Source: Zancudomyces culisetae HAW-14-8 (Eukaryota; Fungi; Kickxellomycota). From it: a stretch of DNA of 64,000 bases. Where the stretch lies: assembly GCA_052426225.1 (NCBI GenBank), contig JBNJNM010000008.1:992001-1056000 (forward strand), read 5' to 3'. The first letter of the stretch is position 1. Every line of letters begins with the position of its first letter. The position numbers and the translations under genes were made by a program. Below are positions 39,627-52,511 of this stretch, piece by piece. Below the pieces are notes generated by a model. That model made no database searches and had not been told where the DNA came from. It saw only the letters and a list, made by a program, of their open reading frames with translations.

Positions 39627-40418
39627 TGTCGTCTCGTATATAAAATAGTAAATTTAATTATATACAAATTGTAACTATTAGCGGCCCGTCTCGTGTAGTG
39701 ATTAGAAGCCAATAACTTTCAATAGGAAGTAAATCATTTTTCTACACGACAAAATAATGTAGTGCGGATTTTATATGAGTCGACAATGTAGTTGATTTCT
39801 ACTTAATAGCATTACAAATTAGTACAACATCAGATTAATACATTTATTCCATATTTAGTTTTTTGTCAAATTATAATTATTTTTTTTACATCGTATTCAA
39901 TTCTTTATTAACTAGAAAAACCTAATGCAAAAAATCTAATACCTAAAAGGTTAATATTAAATGATAATATAAGTCGTTCGAATACACTGTTATATAGTGG
40001 CCAGATCTACCACTAGCCGTTATAAATTAACCTCTAACAACATAATTTACATAAATTTTATTTATTTTTATGTCTATCAATTAATACAGTTTAAAATATA
40101 TTTTAGGTTTATAAATATTTTCAAGTTTGCCTAGTTATTTTTATCCTTCTGGATTTTTTCTACAGCAAATAATTTATTAAAATTATCATTATTTAGCACA
40201 TTATATATTATAAATTGAGTTTATAACAAAATATAAAATAGTATCAAAATAGCTTGAAATAATATGAAATACTATATCAATAAATTTTAGGTCAAAGATA
40301 CAATAGTATCGAGCAATATCATATATAACGTATTGATATTAAGTTAGTTAACAATATACTTGTTATCATTAGAATTAAATATACCAATTATATAGAAAAA
40401 CTAATTTATTCTATAACA
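39627..40418. repeat. Three stacked decayed LTRs (39627..39751 O-like; 39758..39986; 39988..40418 D-like)
   Basis: TG...CA ends, 1-6 bp spacers, motif similarity to O and D in reverse. Confidence 0.65.
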
Positions 40419-40427
40419 CGAAAACTG

Positions 40428-41319
40428 TGTCGCAATATGGGTACTGGGGGTTACACAATTGCTCTGTAACTTTATCCCCATTTGCGCAGAATGGGGTGAC
40501 ACACACCCCTTTGGAGCTGTAGGGGAAAGTCTGATCTCCGACGGACTCCCTAGGCTGCTACTGATCTGTATCTGACGCACTCTAGTGGTCAGATCTTTCA
40601 AGGTCTGGGGACTTAATACCCCAGCATCCTGATCCATGCTGCTGCCAGTACTTCTTCCGGAAGATGATGAAGTGGTACTTATTACCATCACCTCATCTTC
40701 ATACCCAATTGAGTAGTACATTTTCGTAGTTTTGTTATATTTTTTTATTATTAACTAGATGTTTATTTAAAACGTCCGTAATTAAGACATGAATCACGTT
40801 TATAAATTCATCCTATGTCTTTTATTTATATAAACTAACTCATTACATATAATCACTAAACTAACATACATAAAAAAATAATATTACTATATTAATGTTT
40901 GCGTTGAAACGTTGGTGTATGAATGTGTTGTTAACAATCAATCATACATATCCCAACGTTTCTTGGATCAACAATGGAATTGTTCAGCAACGTGTAATCT
41001 GATACAATACACGTAGCTATGCCGTCATACCCGGATCTAGTATCTCGAGACTTTTGTGGCTCTGTTTAAGGGTTTTAGTTTTAATCTCCGTTATTTAATA
41101 TATATAATGTTATCATAGTATGCTTCCCTAAAAATGAGTGTGTAAAAATATATCTCTTGTATTAATTATAAATGAAATAAAAAAGATAAGTAAAGACTTC
41201 ATAAAAACTACGAGTTACCTCGTACAAAAACTTCGATAAATAATTAATCAAAATGGTACATATACTAAATTTTAATAATAATTTAGATGAAACAGAGGCA
41301 AATTTGGCTTAGTGCAATA
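40428..41319 (-). repeat. Solo LTR related to family C, carrying the homologous ORF (40401..40721)
   Basis: MYY...SSMDQDAGVLSPQTLKDLTTRVRQIQI versus MYY...SSMDQETGVLSPRTLGELTESVRQLQI. Confidence 0.8.
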
Positions 41320-41335
41320 ATATCCACTTCTCAAC

Positions 41336-41751
41336 TGTCATATCTAAAATGATGTGTACACCTACCGGCTGGTGATTGGATTGCACCTTGTTACATTTAT
41401 CTATTTATAATTAGTTTTATTATATTAATATGGGTGGAGATTTGAACTTTTTTCCAATGGGGGATTAGATCCAATTTCTAATAGTTGATATCAGTTCGGG
41501 ATATTTAATGGGTGGAGTAGATGATAGTTTTTTAGATAGTCAGATTTTTATAGTTATATATATATAGTTTTAAGAAGAAAAGAAAATACCGTCAGAAATT
41601 ATAATATAGTTTCATAAGTTTCTACATTTAAAGTTATTATATTCTTAGACTGTGTAGCTTAATACTAATTCAGCATCGAGTGTTGTAGGGTGTAGTGACA
41701 CTAATCGCTTAAAGCGATGATAAGTATTTAATTTTAAAATTAAATATTACA
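41336..41751 (+). repeat. Solo LTR family H (A-related)
   Basis: TGTCATAT...AATATTACA ends as in the A LTR; similar length. Confidence 0.75.
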
Positions 41752-41755
41752 ACGA

Positions 41756-42859
41756 TGTTGTATGCTTAGTTCTACCCAAGATAAACTATTGGGTGAACAG
41801 CATACAGCTTCTCAAACACCGATTAACCACCGTTATCTCAGGTGTTCGAGCAAGAAATCTGGGATTTCTTGGGTAATAAATTACCCAAATGTTGGAGAAA
41901 TATTCAGTTTTAATTGTTTTAATTTAAGTTTCTATTATATAAAGTTTTAATATAATAGTTAGTCAGGTACTAGTATAAATCTAGTAACCCCACCACAAGT
42001 TTGGTGGTTAAATCTTTTTATTTTTAAAAGTTATTCATTAAATAAAATACAAATTAGCACTAAAATACTTGATTTTACTCTATAAAATTGAAATTTGTGA
42101 TTTGAGCAAAAACCTATCTATAACAATAAAAAACATAGGTAGTGAAGCGTAACACAATTTCAAAAGGGTATCAGAAAGGTATCAGAGTCTAATTTTTGGA
42201 CCAAAATTAATTGTTTTGCACACCAAATTTTAGGAGTTGGGCGTAATTTTACTGTCATGAACTGATTCTAGCATGTTCGAAAACGTTCTAGTATCATCTG
42301 ATTTTATTCCGCAGTAATGTTTAGAATGTTGGGGAACATTCTAGAACATTACCGAAAATTCACATTATTTATTAATTTTTCTTACGTAATAATTTTCACA
42401 TGTTTAATTTTATTAGCATTCGAGTTTGATTTTTGTTTGATTACTAATCCAATTTGATTAGTAATCAAACACGTTTTTCTTTACATTTCATTTTTAGCTA
42501 TTCCGCAGTTTTCATAGTGATTTTGTTCAAAAACCAAGGCTGGAAAAAAGTATAAAAAGGGTACAATTTTCCTGTCTTGGATTCAGTATCTAGTATCTTG
42601 TATACATTCATACAATAAACTTTAATAATAATAAATATAACTCTCCTGACTCCAGATCTTGACATTTACCCAGTTATATCGCATTTATTGAAATAATAAA
42701 TACATAAAACTATATTTAATATAAGCTAAAAAGGTAGGGTTGACTGGTTAAATAAAGTAAAACTTATTCCAGTAACAATCCCCCTCTATTAGCAGAACTT
42801 TTTGTAGGTTTAGTTGCGGTAATTTCATGAGAAATAATGTGTAATCTAAAATTACAACA
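41756..42859. repeat. Solo LTR family B with nested J-like solo LTR (42253..42664, TSD TTTAC)
   Basis: B alignment resumes after an exact 5-bp TSD. Confidence 0.92.
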
Positions 42860-42861
42860 AG

Positions 42862-45800
42862 TGTAGTATTTTTATTATTTGTATACTAGTGAATATTTAT
42901 TTATTAAGTTTTATTATATATATATAGTAATAAGATATTTAAATAATAGTTCGAAACTTCTTTTGTTAAAAGTAAAGAAAAGTTGAGGTTTATATAGATT
43001 TTCTGTATGTCAACATTGTTTTGAAATCACTAACATGTTCTTCTGTTGTTCAAACATGTTTTATTAATTGATGCGTTGTTTATCTTTTCTACCCCTACAT
43101 TTCTTATCATGTTAACAGTTCACTCAAAACAGCATCGTTACCCCGTGTTAACACACGTGGTTTGGTGTAATTTTTCCGCATGATAAATTACACTGATTTA
43201 TTTTGAAACATATAAATGCGTTAATAAAATTAAATGATATTAATACTAAGAATTAAACAAATGTATGGGGAAAAACCCAGTGGGAAAAAGTGCTCATACA
43301 TTTACTATAAAAACTAATACCACAGACCCCCTCCTAAACTTCGATCGTCCCGATTCGAATAAGGATGGTCTTTATATCTTCTTAATACTGGCTTTAATGT
43401 ACTTGGTGCCACATCTGGAATCATATTTTCTGATTCTCTGTATTTTTTTAGTCTGTCACCATTCACTTGATCCAGGTTATTATCCTCATCTCTAATAATG
43501 TAAGTACCTTTGTCTAGTACTCTAACTATAGTATATGGACCTTCCCATATTGCTGAAAACTTTGAAGTGGGCATTTCCACTTTCTTAAGTACTTTATCTA
43601 GTAACTTGAACTTGAAAACTGTTACTTTCTTATTGTATCTTTGGACTTCATATTCCTTGTTTTTGATTATCTTTTGTGATGCTAGATCTCTTAAACTGGG
43701 AGGTTGACTTCTACAAACTTAAGCCTTTCCTTAAATGCTTCTGTTTCATTTTCATTAGTAACTTCAGAAGTCCACGTAACTGGGGTTCTTATATTGCTCC
43801 CGTAAAGCATTTTGGACGGGGATACACCTAAAATTCGGTGTTTCATTGTGCGAGCAATCAACATTGCTCTCCATAGATATCTGTCCCAATTCTCTTTATC
43901 TTTCCAGCACAACTTAGATAGGACATTTTTTAACGTTTGGTTAAATCTTTCAACTTGGCCGTTGGACTGTGGGCGATAGGACGTAGTAGGATGATGTTCT
44001 ATACCTACAAACTTATAGAACTCATCTGCAATTTCACTTATGAACCCGGACCCTCTATCAGATATCAACTTCCTAGGGACACCGTGATTCATAATAACAT
44101 CATAGACTAAGAAGTGGACTATTGTTTCAGTTTGGATATTTTCTACTGCCTTTGAAATTGGCCATTTAGTATAGTAATCCATGGCTGTTATGATGTAACG
44201 GTTTCCATCCCTCGAAACTGGGGAAATGGGACCGATTGCATCTATACCTAAAATTTCGAATGGCTCTGAGGCTGTAATTGGAACCATTTCGTTTCTTCTC
44301 TTAGGTCCTCCTTTAAATCTTTGGCATACCTCGCAAAAGTTAACTACTTTTTTTACTACCTCAAACGTATTTGGACCGGTGAACATTAACTTGACCTTCT
44401 CCCATGTATTGGAGATACCAGTATGATCATGATTATGCAAATCCTTGATCTTCAGATAAGCATTTTCTTCAGATAATACTTCTCTTAGCCCAAACTTTTT
44501 GCTATGCGCAAATAGTACTCCGTCTTTTAAAATGTACCTTGTGGCGTGTAAACGAATTTTTCTTTTTGCTTCTTCATCGGCTAAATCTGAATATGTGCGA
44601 TCATTCAAGTATTGTTTTAGGGCATTTTGTTTGTTAATTTCCATGCTGAATAATGTTATGCATTCTTCTTCAACCTCTTCCTGCTTGAATTCTTGTTTAT
44701 CATTAGGTGTTGCCCTGGACAGATAGTCAGCAGGATTTAACGTGCCCTTTCTGTGACTTATTTCAAAATCATATTCTTTCAAAATGAGAGCCCATCTAGC
44801 TAGTCTCCCTGTAGCTTGCTTTGAGTGAAATAAATTAATTAAGGCTGAATGATCTGTGACTATTTTAAATCTTTTTCCCCAGACGTAATTCCTGAAGTGA
44901 TTAACAGCCCAGATAACTCCAAGTCCTTCTAGATGTGTTGCAGAGTAGTTTTTTTCTGGTTTGGTAAGTGACCTACTTGCGTACGCTATTGGATGCTCTT
45001 TGCCGCTTTCTGTTTGGCTAAGAATGGCGCCTAGTCCATTTGCAGAGGCATCAGTTGTTATTGTGAAGGTCTTGTCCCATGATGGGTGTCTCAGAATAGG
45101 GGCTTCTTTCAGTAGTGTCTTGAGTTTGTCTACTGCTTGTGTACATTCTTCACTCCAATACCAAGTTACATCTTTTCTCAATAGTTGCGTTAAAGGTCTA
45201 GTAATTGATGCATAATTCTTGACAAACTTTCTGTAATATCCTGTCATACCCAGAAAACTTTGTACTTCCTTAACTGTAGTAGGATAGGAGAGTTTTGCTA
45301 CTGCCTCAGTTTTTTTTGGATTTGTTTCTATCCCTTCACCACTTATGATGTGGCCTAAATACTCAATGCGTTTCTGGGCGAAAACGCATTTAGCATAATT
45401 AAGCTTTATTCTTGCCTTTCTCAATAATTCAAAAACATTATCAAGGTCTTTTAAATGTATATCTAAATTTTCTGAAAAAACAACTATATCGTCATTAAAA
45501 ACAACAACAGATTTCCATAAAACTGAGTCCAATACTTTTTCCATTAGCCTTTGGAATGTTGCGGGGCTATTAGAAAGGCCAAACGGCATTACGTTATAGC
45601 AATAAAGACCTTCTCCTGGAAAAGAGAACGCTGTTTTTAACTTGTTCTTCTCACTGATTCGAACTTGCCAGAATCCTGACATTGCATCTAGTACGCTATA
45701 AACTGATGCACCTGCCAGAGCCTCAAATATATCCTCTATTACCGGAAGGGGATAGTGATCTTTGCGTGTAACTGAATTTAAGCGTCTGTAATCTGAACAG

Positions 45801-48312
45801 ATTCTTATTCCACCGTTTTTTTTCCATACAGTCACGACTGGAGAACACCAGTCTGACTGACAAGGCTCGATTATTCCAGCTTCCTTCATGCGATAGATCT
45901 CCTGTCTGACCATTTCTTTCATTGCATGCGGAACTCGGTATGGCCATGACTTTACGGGTTTGTTGTCATCTGTTACAATTTCGTGCTCTATGACATTAGT
46001 GCTTGTTACTCTGACAGATCTTTTGCTAGGATGTCCTTGTTCTTTGATACTAATTCTCTGATTCTCTGATCCAAAATTTCCTCTTGATTATTGTTTTCCA
46101 CTCTGCATACTTCTTTTGCAATTCCAATAAGCATTTCATTACTAGATTTGCATGCATCTTTATGCATTTCCAACGGTACCACCAGTTGCTCATGATTATA
46201 TGGTAATAACAACTCCAGCGTATTCATATCTATTATAGCTCCATGCTTCTTGAGCCAATCTGTTCCCAGCACTAACGATTCATCCTTTCCTTCCATCAAT
46301 AGCAGATTACAGTTAAACCTTTTGCCCATAATTTTAATAGATACATTGGCGATCATTTTTGATATATGATGATGCTGTCCGTCTGCAGTAAGTATCACCT
46401 CGTTAACTTGTACGTCCGCTTCCAACTTAAGTTTATTTGCCATTTGTCTTGTTACTACGCAGCAGGCGGCTCCAGTGTCAATTACCGCTGTACAGCTGAT
46501 TGTTCCTACTGTTACTAATGCTTTGCAATTTGATGTTTCCTTGTTTTTTACTGTGCTTATATCCCTACTTGTACCAGCATTTTTGAATATTCTGCTAAGC
46601 TCATTTCTTACTATAGGTGCAGCTTTTATCAATTGTGATACTGATATGTTTGCTTTCATGTTATCCAACTCTCTTTGTATAGAATAATCTTGGTTTGGCT
46701 GGTTGGATTTCATTTCCATCATTGATTGTTTAGGTGCTTGTTTTTTTGGTAGTATATTCTTATTATCTACTACTTCTGTCAGTGGTTGGTCAACATTACT
46801 GCTTTTAGGTATGGTCTCTGCATTTAAGTCATCTGTCAGTTTGATGGATTTTAGTTTTTCGGTGCGATCCTGTTCTAATAATCTGCGTTTTTCCACTATG
46901 TTTAATTCCTGCCACATTTTATCCAACACATAAACATCTGATATCTTAACTCCGGTCTCTGATGATGCTGAAGGTGATATCTGCCTGTCTATGAATTGCA
47001 AAGTGTGTGGTTTAATACTTTGCCTTTCGTCATTATTCCTTAAGTTCCAAGGTCCTTTTGGGCACTTAGAACTGTAGTGAGCCTCTTCCTTACAGAAAAA
47101 GCATGCATTTTTCCTTTGTAACTCTGCTTTTTCTTGTTCCGAAAGTCTCATTCTGCTCGGTTTCTTCACCGAATCCGTTTGGTCTAAATGTTCTTTGGTT
47201 GTTTTCATTATGTACTTTTTCATTTCTTTAATTTCATTCATCATTTTCTTCATTTCTTTACCATTTTCTTCATTTTCATTGTCATTAGTAATATTAATTT
47301 TGCATAGTTTGTCCATGTTTTCCTTTTCAGTTGCGACCCTAACTGCTTCATTGTATGTAGTTGCTCTTGATTTATTATTTCTTCTTGAAATTCAGGTCTT
47401 AAGGAACTGATCAGGCATTTGAATTTTATTTCATTGTTGGTTGTATTTGATTTCTCAAATAGTAATTCTATCTTGAACAAGAAATCTTCTAGCTCCACAG
47501 TACTGTTCTGTCTTAATAGCTGAAGCTCTCTCCATGATCTTATGTCTGATTCTACGCTGCTAAACTTCCTTATGAATTCATTCCTTAACTCAGGCCAAGT
47601 ACCTACTCTAAGTCTTTCCCTTTCATACCATTTTAATGCCTTGCCATCCAAAAATAATTCCATATAGTCAATTTGATCTTCTTCAGACCACTGTTCGCTT
47701 CTTCCATACAGTTCATATCTTCTGGTCCATGTGGCAACGTTAATTCTGCTTTCTCCTGTGAATAGTACTGGCTCCATAAGCTTTTTTGCTGCGGTAGAAT
47801 TTCCAATCATTTTCTGCTTTATGTCAGCCTGGTCCTGGCTGGATCACCAAATGTAGTATTATTATTATTTGTATACTAGTGAATATTTATTTATTAAGTT
47901 TTATTATATATATATAGTAATAAGATATTTAAATAATAGTTCGATGCTTCTTTCAAAAAGTGAAGAAAAGTTGGGGTTTATATAGTTTTTCTGTATGTCA
48001 ACATTGTTTTGAAATCACTAACATGTTCTTCTGTTGTTCAAACATGTTTTATTAATTGATGCGTTGTTTATCTTTTCTACCCCTACATTTCTTATCATGT
48101 TAACAGTTCACTCAAAACAGCATCGTTACCCCGTGTTAACACACGTGGTTTGGTGTAATTTATCCGCATGATAAACTACACTGATTTATTTTGAAACTTA
48201 TAAATGCGTTAATAAAATTAAATGATATTAATACTAAGAATTAAACAAATGTATGGGGAAAAACCCAGTGGGAAAAAGTGCCCATACATATACTATAAAA
48301 ACTAATACGACA
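42862..48312 (-). mobile_element. Ty3/Gypsy element F; LTRs 42862..43324 and 47852..48312
   Basis: LTRs of about 460 bp; PBS TGGTGATCCAGCCAGGA (47833..47849, probably tRNA-Arg); polypurine tract AGGAGGGGG. Confidence 0.95.
43314..47810 (-). pseudogene. gag-pol of element F with a frameshift and stops
   Basis: CCHC, IDTGA, RT, RNase H TDAS, integrase, GPY; split over four ORFs. Confidence 0.93.
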
Positions 48313-48316
48313 ATTA

Positions 48317-48568
48317 TGTTGTATGCCTACAATAGGTGAAACATTTCCATTGGTTAATTGAGTTTTGTAATTTTTAGTTAGATTTTTTGGATTAAATTGT
48401 ATAAAATTGAAATTTTTGTTTAACTAAATAAATGTCCTCTTTTGCAAAATCCAAAGTACTGTATAATAATTCGCAGCATATAGTAAAAGGTAAGTAAAAT
48501 GACCCGTCCCGTGTGTTATTTGGTGTAAAAAACACTAAATGGGACGTTAAACATGGTAACACACAACA
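48317..48568. repeat. Solo LTR family G, inverted
   Basis: Reverse complement of 3746..3999. Confidence 0.9.
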
Positions 48569-48572
48569 CGAC

Positions 48573-49014
48573 TGTTATATAGTGGCGTAGATCACCTCTA
48601 ACCACGATATAATCGGCACTCCAATTAGGTTTGTTTATTTTATTATTTATATTATTAATATTGTAGGTCAAAATATATGATCTGAAAGGTTTATAATTAG
48701 TTTATTAAACATTACAAGCTCTAGTTTAATTATTTGATCTTCGGGTTTTTTCTAGATTAGAATAAATATTAAATAGGTTAGAATCGTTATATAGTTTTAT
48801 AGTAGTTTATTAAGTATAGTTAGTATTAAAGTTATAAATACTTGAAATTTTTCAGTAAGTCAATAGATATCAATAAATTCAGTTTTGATCTATTTACTAG
48901 AAGTCTATAACTTATATAATTTTAAACTTGAATAAACATAGTTAAATACATATTTAGTTATCAAAGTAAATAACAGTTTTTAATTAAGCGAAGATAAAGT
49001 ACCAACTCGCTAGA
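48573..49014. repeat. Solo LTR family D, inverted; reconstructed TSD CGAC
   Basis: Reverse complement of 4005..4458; CGAC flanks both sides once E is removed; right terminus imperfect (TAGA). Confidence 0.85.
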
Positions 49015-49634
49015 CGATGTTGTATGCAAAAGCATCAACTTAAATTTACCGCTTTCATTGCAGCAAAATAGCAGAGAAATCAATTTTGAAAAAATTGTTT
49101 CCTGCGCAACTCAATTTAGAGTACAAAAATTATGACCATGTCATAAATTTTTGTCAATTTTACAGCCAATTTAATAGTACAAATCGATTTATTTTTTAAT
49201 CGAATCGATTTTATACTTTATTAGTGGATTTATTTTTAATCAATTTTATTAGTAAATTATTAGTATAAATTGAAAAATTTGTAAATCCGACCAAAACCAC
49301 ACTAAAAGTAAAAATAAACATATATAGAGAGGCGTAATACTATTTTTTAGTGTAAGGAAAGGGCCATTTTGGCTATATTTTCCAGGTTTTGGGAGGAATT
49401 CTTTTAAATAAAATTATTTTTACCAAAAATTGTGGAAATTGTCCAGTTGTGTTCTTTCCGAGGGGGTTTTATAGATAGTGGTTAACTGGCTAGAAATGGT
49501 AAATCCTGTGTCAGTAATAACCACCCTTCTAGGGAATCGTGATTGATATTAGTGGAAGTTTTTTTGGGAAAATCCTATTGGACTAGTACTAAAAAATGAA
49601 AACGAATTCAACAAATGGGGGCTCTGCCGGGAAT

Positions 49635-52090
49635 GGTATGAGGAGAAATTGGAAGAAAAGTTAAATTTTTGGTCAGAAAGATTTTCTTTCTAATGACCAA
49701 AAATTTGCCGTAAAAGCTTCGGCTATGTCGCCTAGAAGCCATTTATGAGACGAGTTGGACCTTACACCATCTGGGGCCAATGTGGGCTAGTAGGAGGTTT
49801 GTTCCTTTTAAATAGGGAATAAATTCTCTGAACCACCGGACCAGGTAAGGTAACCACGAAAGCCCTTTTAGGGACTCGCGCTGGTAAATGCGAAACACTT
49901 TCAGTGGGGCTAGGAACATTGGCTTTAAATACATTTTTCCCTTTAAGATTTTTCTCGATACTTTTTCGGGTTTCATTTACATTTTAGCCTAAATGTAATT
50001 GAATTTCCCACATTACCCGACCTTTTCTTTTTAGGCTTTTGGGGAATTTAACAAATTGGGACTTGGGATATTAATTAAGTTTAATAGAACATTTCCAAAC
50101 AGATAAATTCAACAAATGTCTTTGGGAACTTTTCCCAGAACAGCTTAAAATGCTGTGTTACCTCGGGAGTTGAAGCAAAATGTGCGTTATGTCGCATACT
50201 TTTGGATACTTCCCAGGTGTTGGTGGTAAATGTTTATGGGTTTTTAGGCCGATAAGCATATTTTTGGTTGGAAGCGGAAACGAGACGGGTTCGTCTGGAT
50301 TCCCCAAATATTGAAATCTCCTAGATACGGTGATAGCTAAAGAAAGTTAATTTTCGTTAATGCTAGCTGTACGGAGACCTTCCAATACTTGGGAGAAGAA
50401 AGATGGATACTGGGGGTTTACTGCTGAAAAGCAAAATTATGTGTAAGTAACCTAAAAATACATGTACACAAGTCACCAAAGGTGGGCTCAAAACAGAAAT
50501 GAGACGGACTTCTTTGAGAAGTACTGGGGATTTCTGCGGCGGGTTTTACACCATATCACCGGCGTCTAGGGACTAAATGCAATGCCATTTAGTCTTAGTA
50601 GAAGCCACTAGTAGTAATGAGGATAATGGGATGTAAAAATCCTAATTTTTTCTTACTACACCGAGTCTAGGAGCCCGACCATAGGTTACTAGACCGGCAA
50701 CTTTGTAGCTAACTTTAAGAATAACATCCTTAAAGTGGAGAAAAGCTACCAGTGACAGTGGGAAGGTAAGAGTTAACCAACCTACTAAAGTCACTTGGTA
50801 AGTTTAAGCGAGCTATATGCAAGCTTATTCTAGGCCACAGTTTTGCTGGGAAACTACCTGGAGTTGAACTCCAGTAGTAAAAGTGTAAGAAGTTTAAAGG
50901 TAGAAATAAACTTCACACTTTAAATAGGGAGATCCTGTATCTATCTCCAGATACACTCCCAAGTTTTGAGAAGTTGAAGTTAGTTATCCAAATCCTTTTT
51001 CAAGATTTAGGGAAACTGAATCAGACTTCCTGGGTGGTTTTAAAGGAATAATTTTTTCTTTAATTGGTTTTAAGTAAGGAAATAACTGGGGAAATAATTT
51101 CTACCCTACCAGTTAACCCAGAAACTATACGAGTAATAAAATACTCGATTCCAAAACCGAATGAATGAAACAGGTGGAGGAATTTTGTGGTAAAGTTCCG
51201 TAAAATATGGAACTAAATTGGTATTAGGTTTGGTAGTAGTATTTAAACAAGATCAGCCTAATATTATCGGGAAACTAAAAAGTTTACCCAGTAAGTCAGT
51301 AAATGGTAGTACCCAAAAAAGGGACACCTTGGGTTCGGTAGAACAAACGGAAGTATTCCAAACCCTCCAACCTACGTGGTAAGAGTACTTTCAGTTCTGG
51401 GGACCTTTCTACACCTTAAGTAGCTAACAAGGTGAGATAAATATTTACGAGGTGATAACCCTGCAGGAATCAACCTACGTCATTAATGGGACAGGAGCAG
51501 AACTGGTTTACTCTCTTTGTCCGGCCTAACCATTCTACCAAATTAAGGATAGATAAGTTAGATGGGGGTCTTAGTATAACCAATTACGGAGTAGCCAAAG
51601 CACTCCAAAAGTGAAGGATACCATGGAGGTCAATTCCTAGGTATTCTACAGTCAATTGGGTGATGTAAGTTCAACATTCCCAAGGGGCTAGGGAGAGGTA
51701 GAAATTAAAATTTATTTCAACCAAACCCAATAGTGGTAACAAAGTAAGATGCACAATATTGTCGTCTTATGAGTTCTGTTAGAGCGGCGCGTCTTCAGAA
51801 CGGTAAATATCATTTAACTAGTTTCTACTTTCTAGTTGATATTATTCGGAACCGAAACATACTGAAAAGATTAAATTCAATAATCTTTTATTACACTAGA
51901 TTAAATCCCTCCAACGTTCGAAAGATCTAGTGTGGAAATATGAAATGGGGGTAAAACAAATCCGATGTCCAATCTTTTGGGCGGGGAGGTCCTCCCTTCC
52001 AAACCGTTCGGGAGTTGGGTAAAACATCAAACCCAAACTGTTCATCACTTCAAAACTGACTGAACTTTTGGTAACTTAAATTGGGAATTA
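49635..52090 (+). ncRNA. Putative large structured RNA region in the leader of element E
   Basis: No long ORF; near-continuous inverted repeats with G-U-compatible pairs; family not recognised. Confidence 0.5.
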
Positions 52091-52511
52091 AATTTATGAA
52101 TACAAGTCAGAATAACATAGCAGATAAAAAGCAGGGACACAGTCCAAATTAAAACAAAGTAAAACTAATCAAAACCAGCAAAGAGATACAAAAATTTAAA
52201 TTAATTGAGTCGAAATACTAAAAATCAAATCAGACTCCAAATCAAACAAAATCGAAATTTAATCCTATAAATCTAAAAGTTTATCCAACTTTCAACGGAT
52301 TAACAAGTTTTCTAAACAATACTAAACTACAACAATAAATAATACAAAAAAAAAAAAAAAAAAAATTATTATAATAAAATAATATATAATAAAAATATTG
52401 TTAAAAAATTAAACATAAAAACATAAAAATATAAAAATATAAAATTTATAAAATTACAAAATAAAAAAAAAAAAAATTATCAATTATTTAAAGTTTAACA
52501 ACAAAATCAAA

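Noticed and set aside
49635-52090. env gene, rRNA or group I/II intron in the E leader
   Set aside because: No long ORF in the standard code, and no recognisable rRNA, P7 or domain V motifs by eye.
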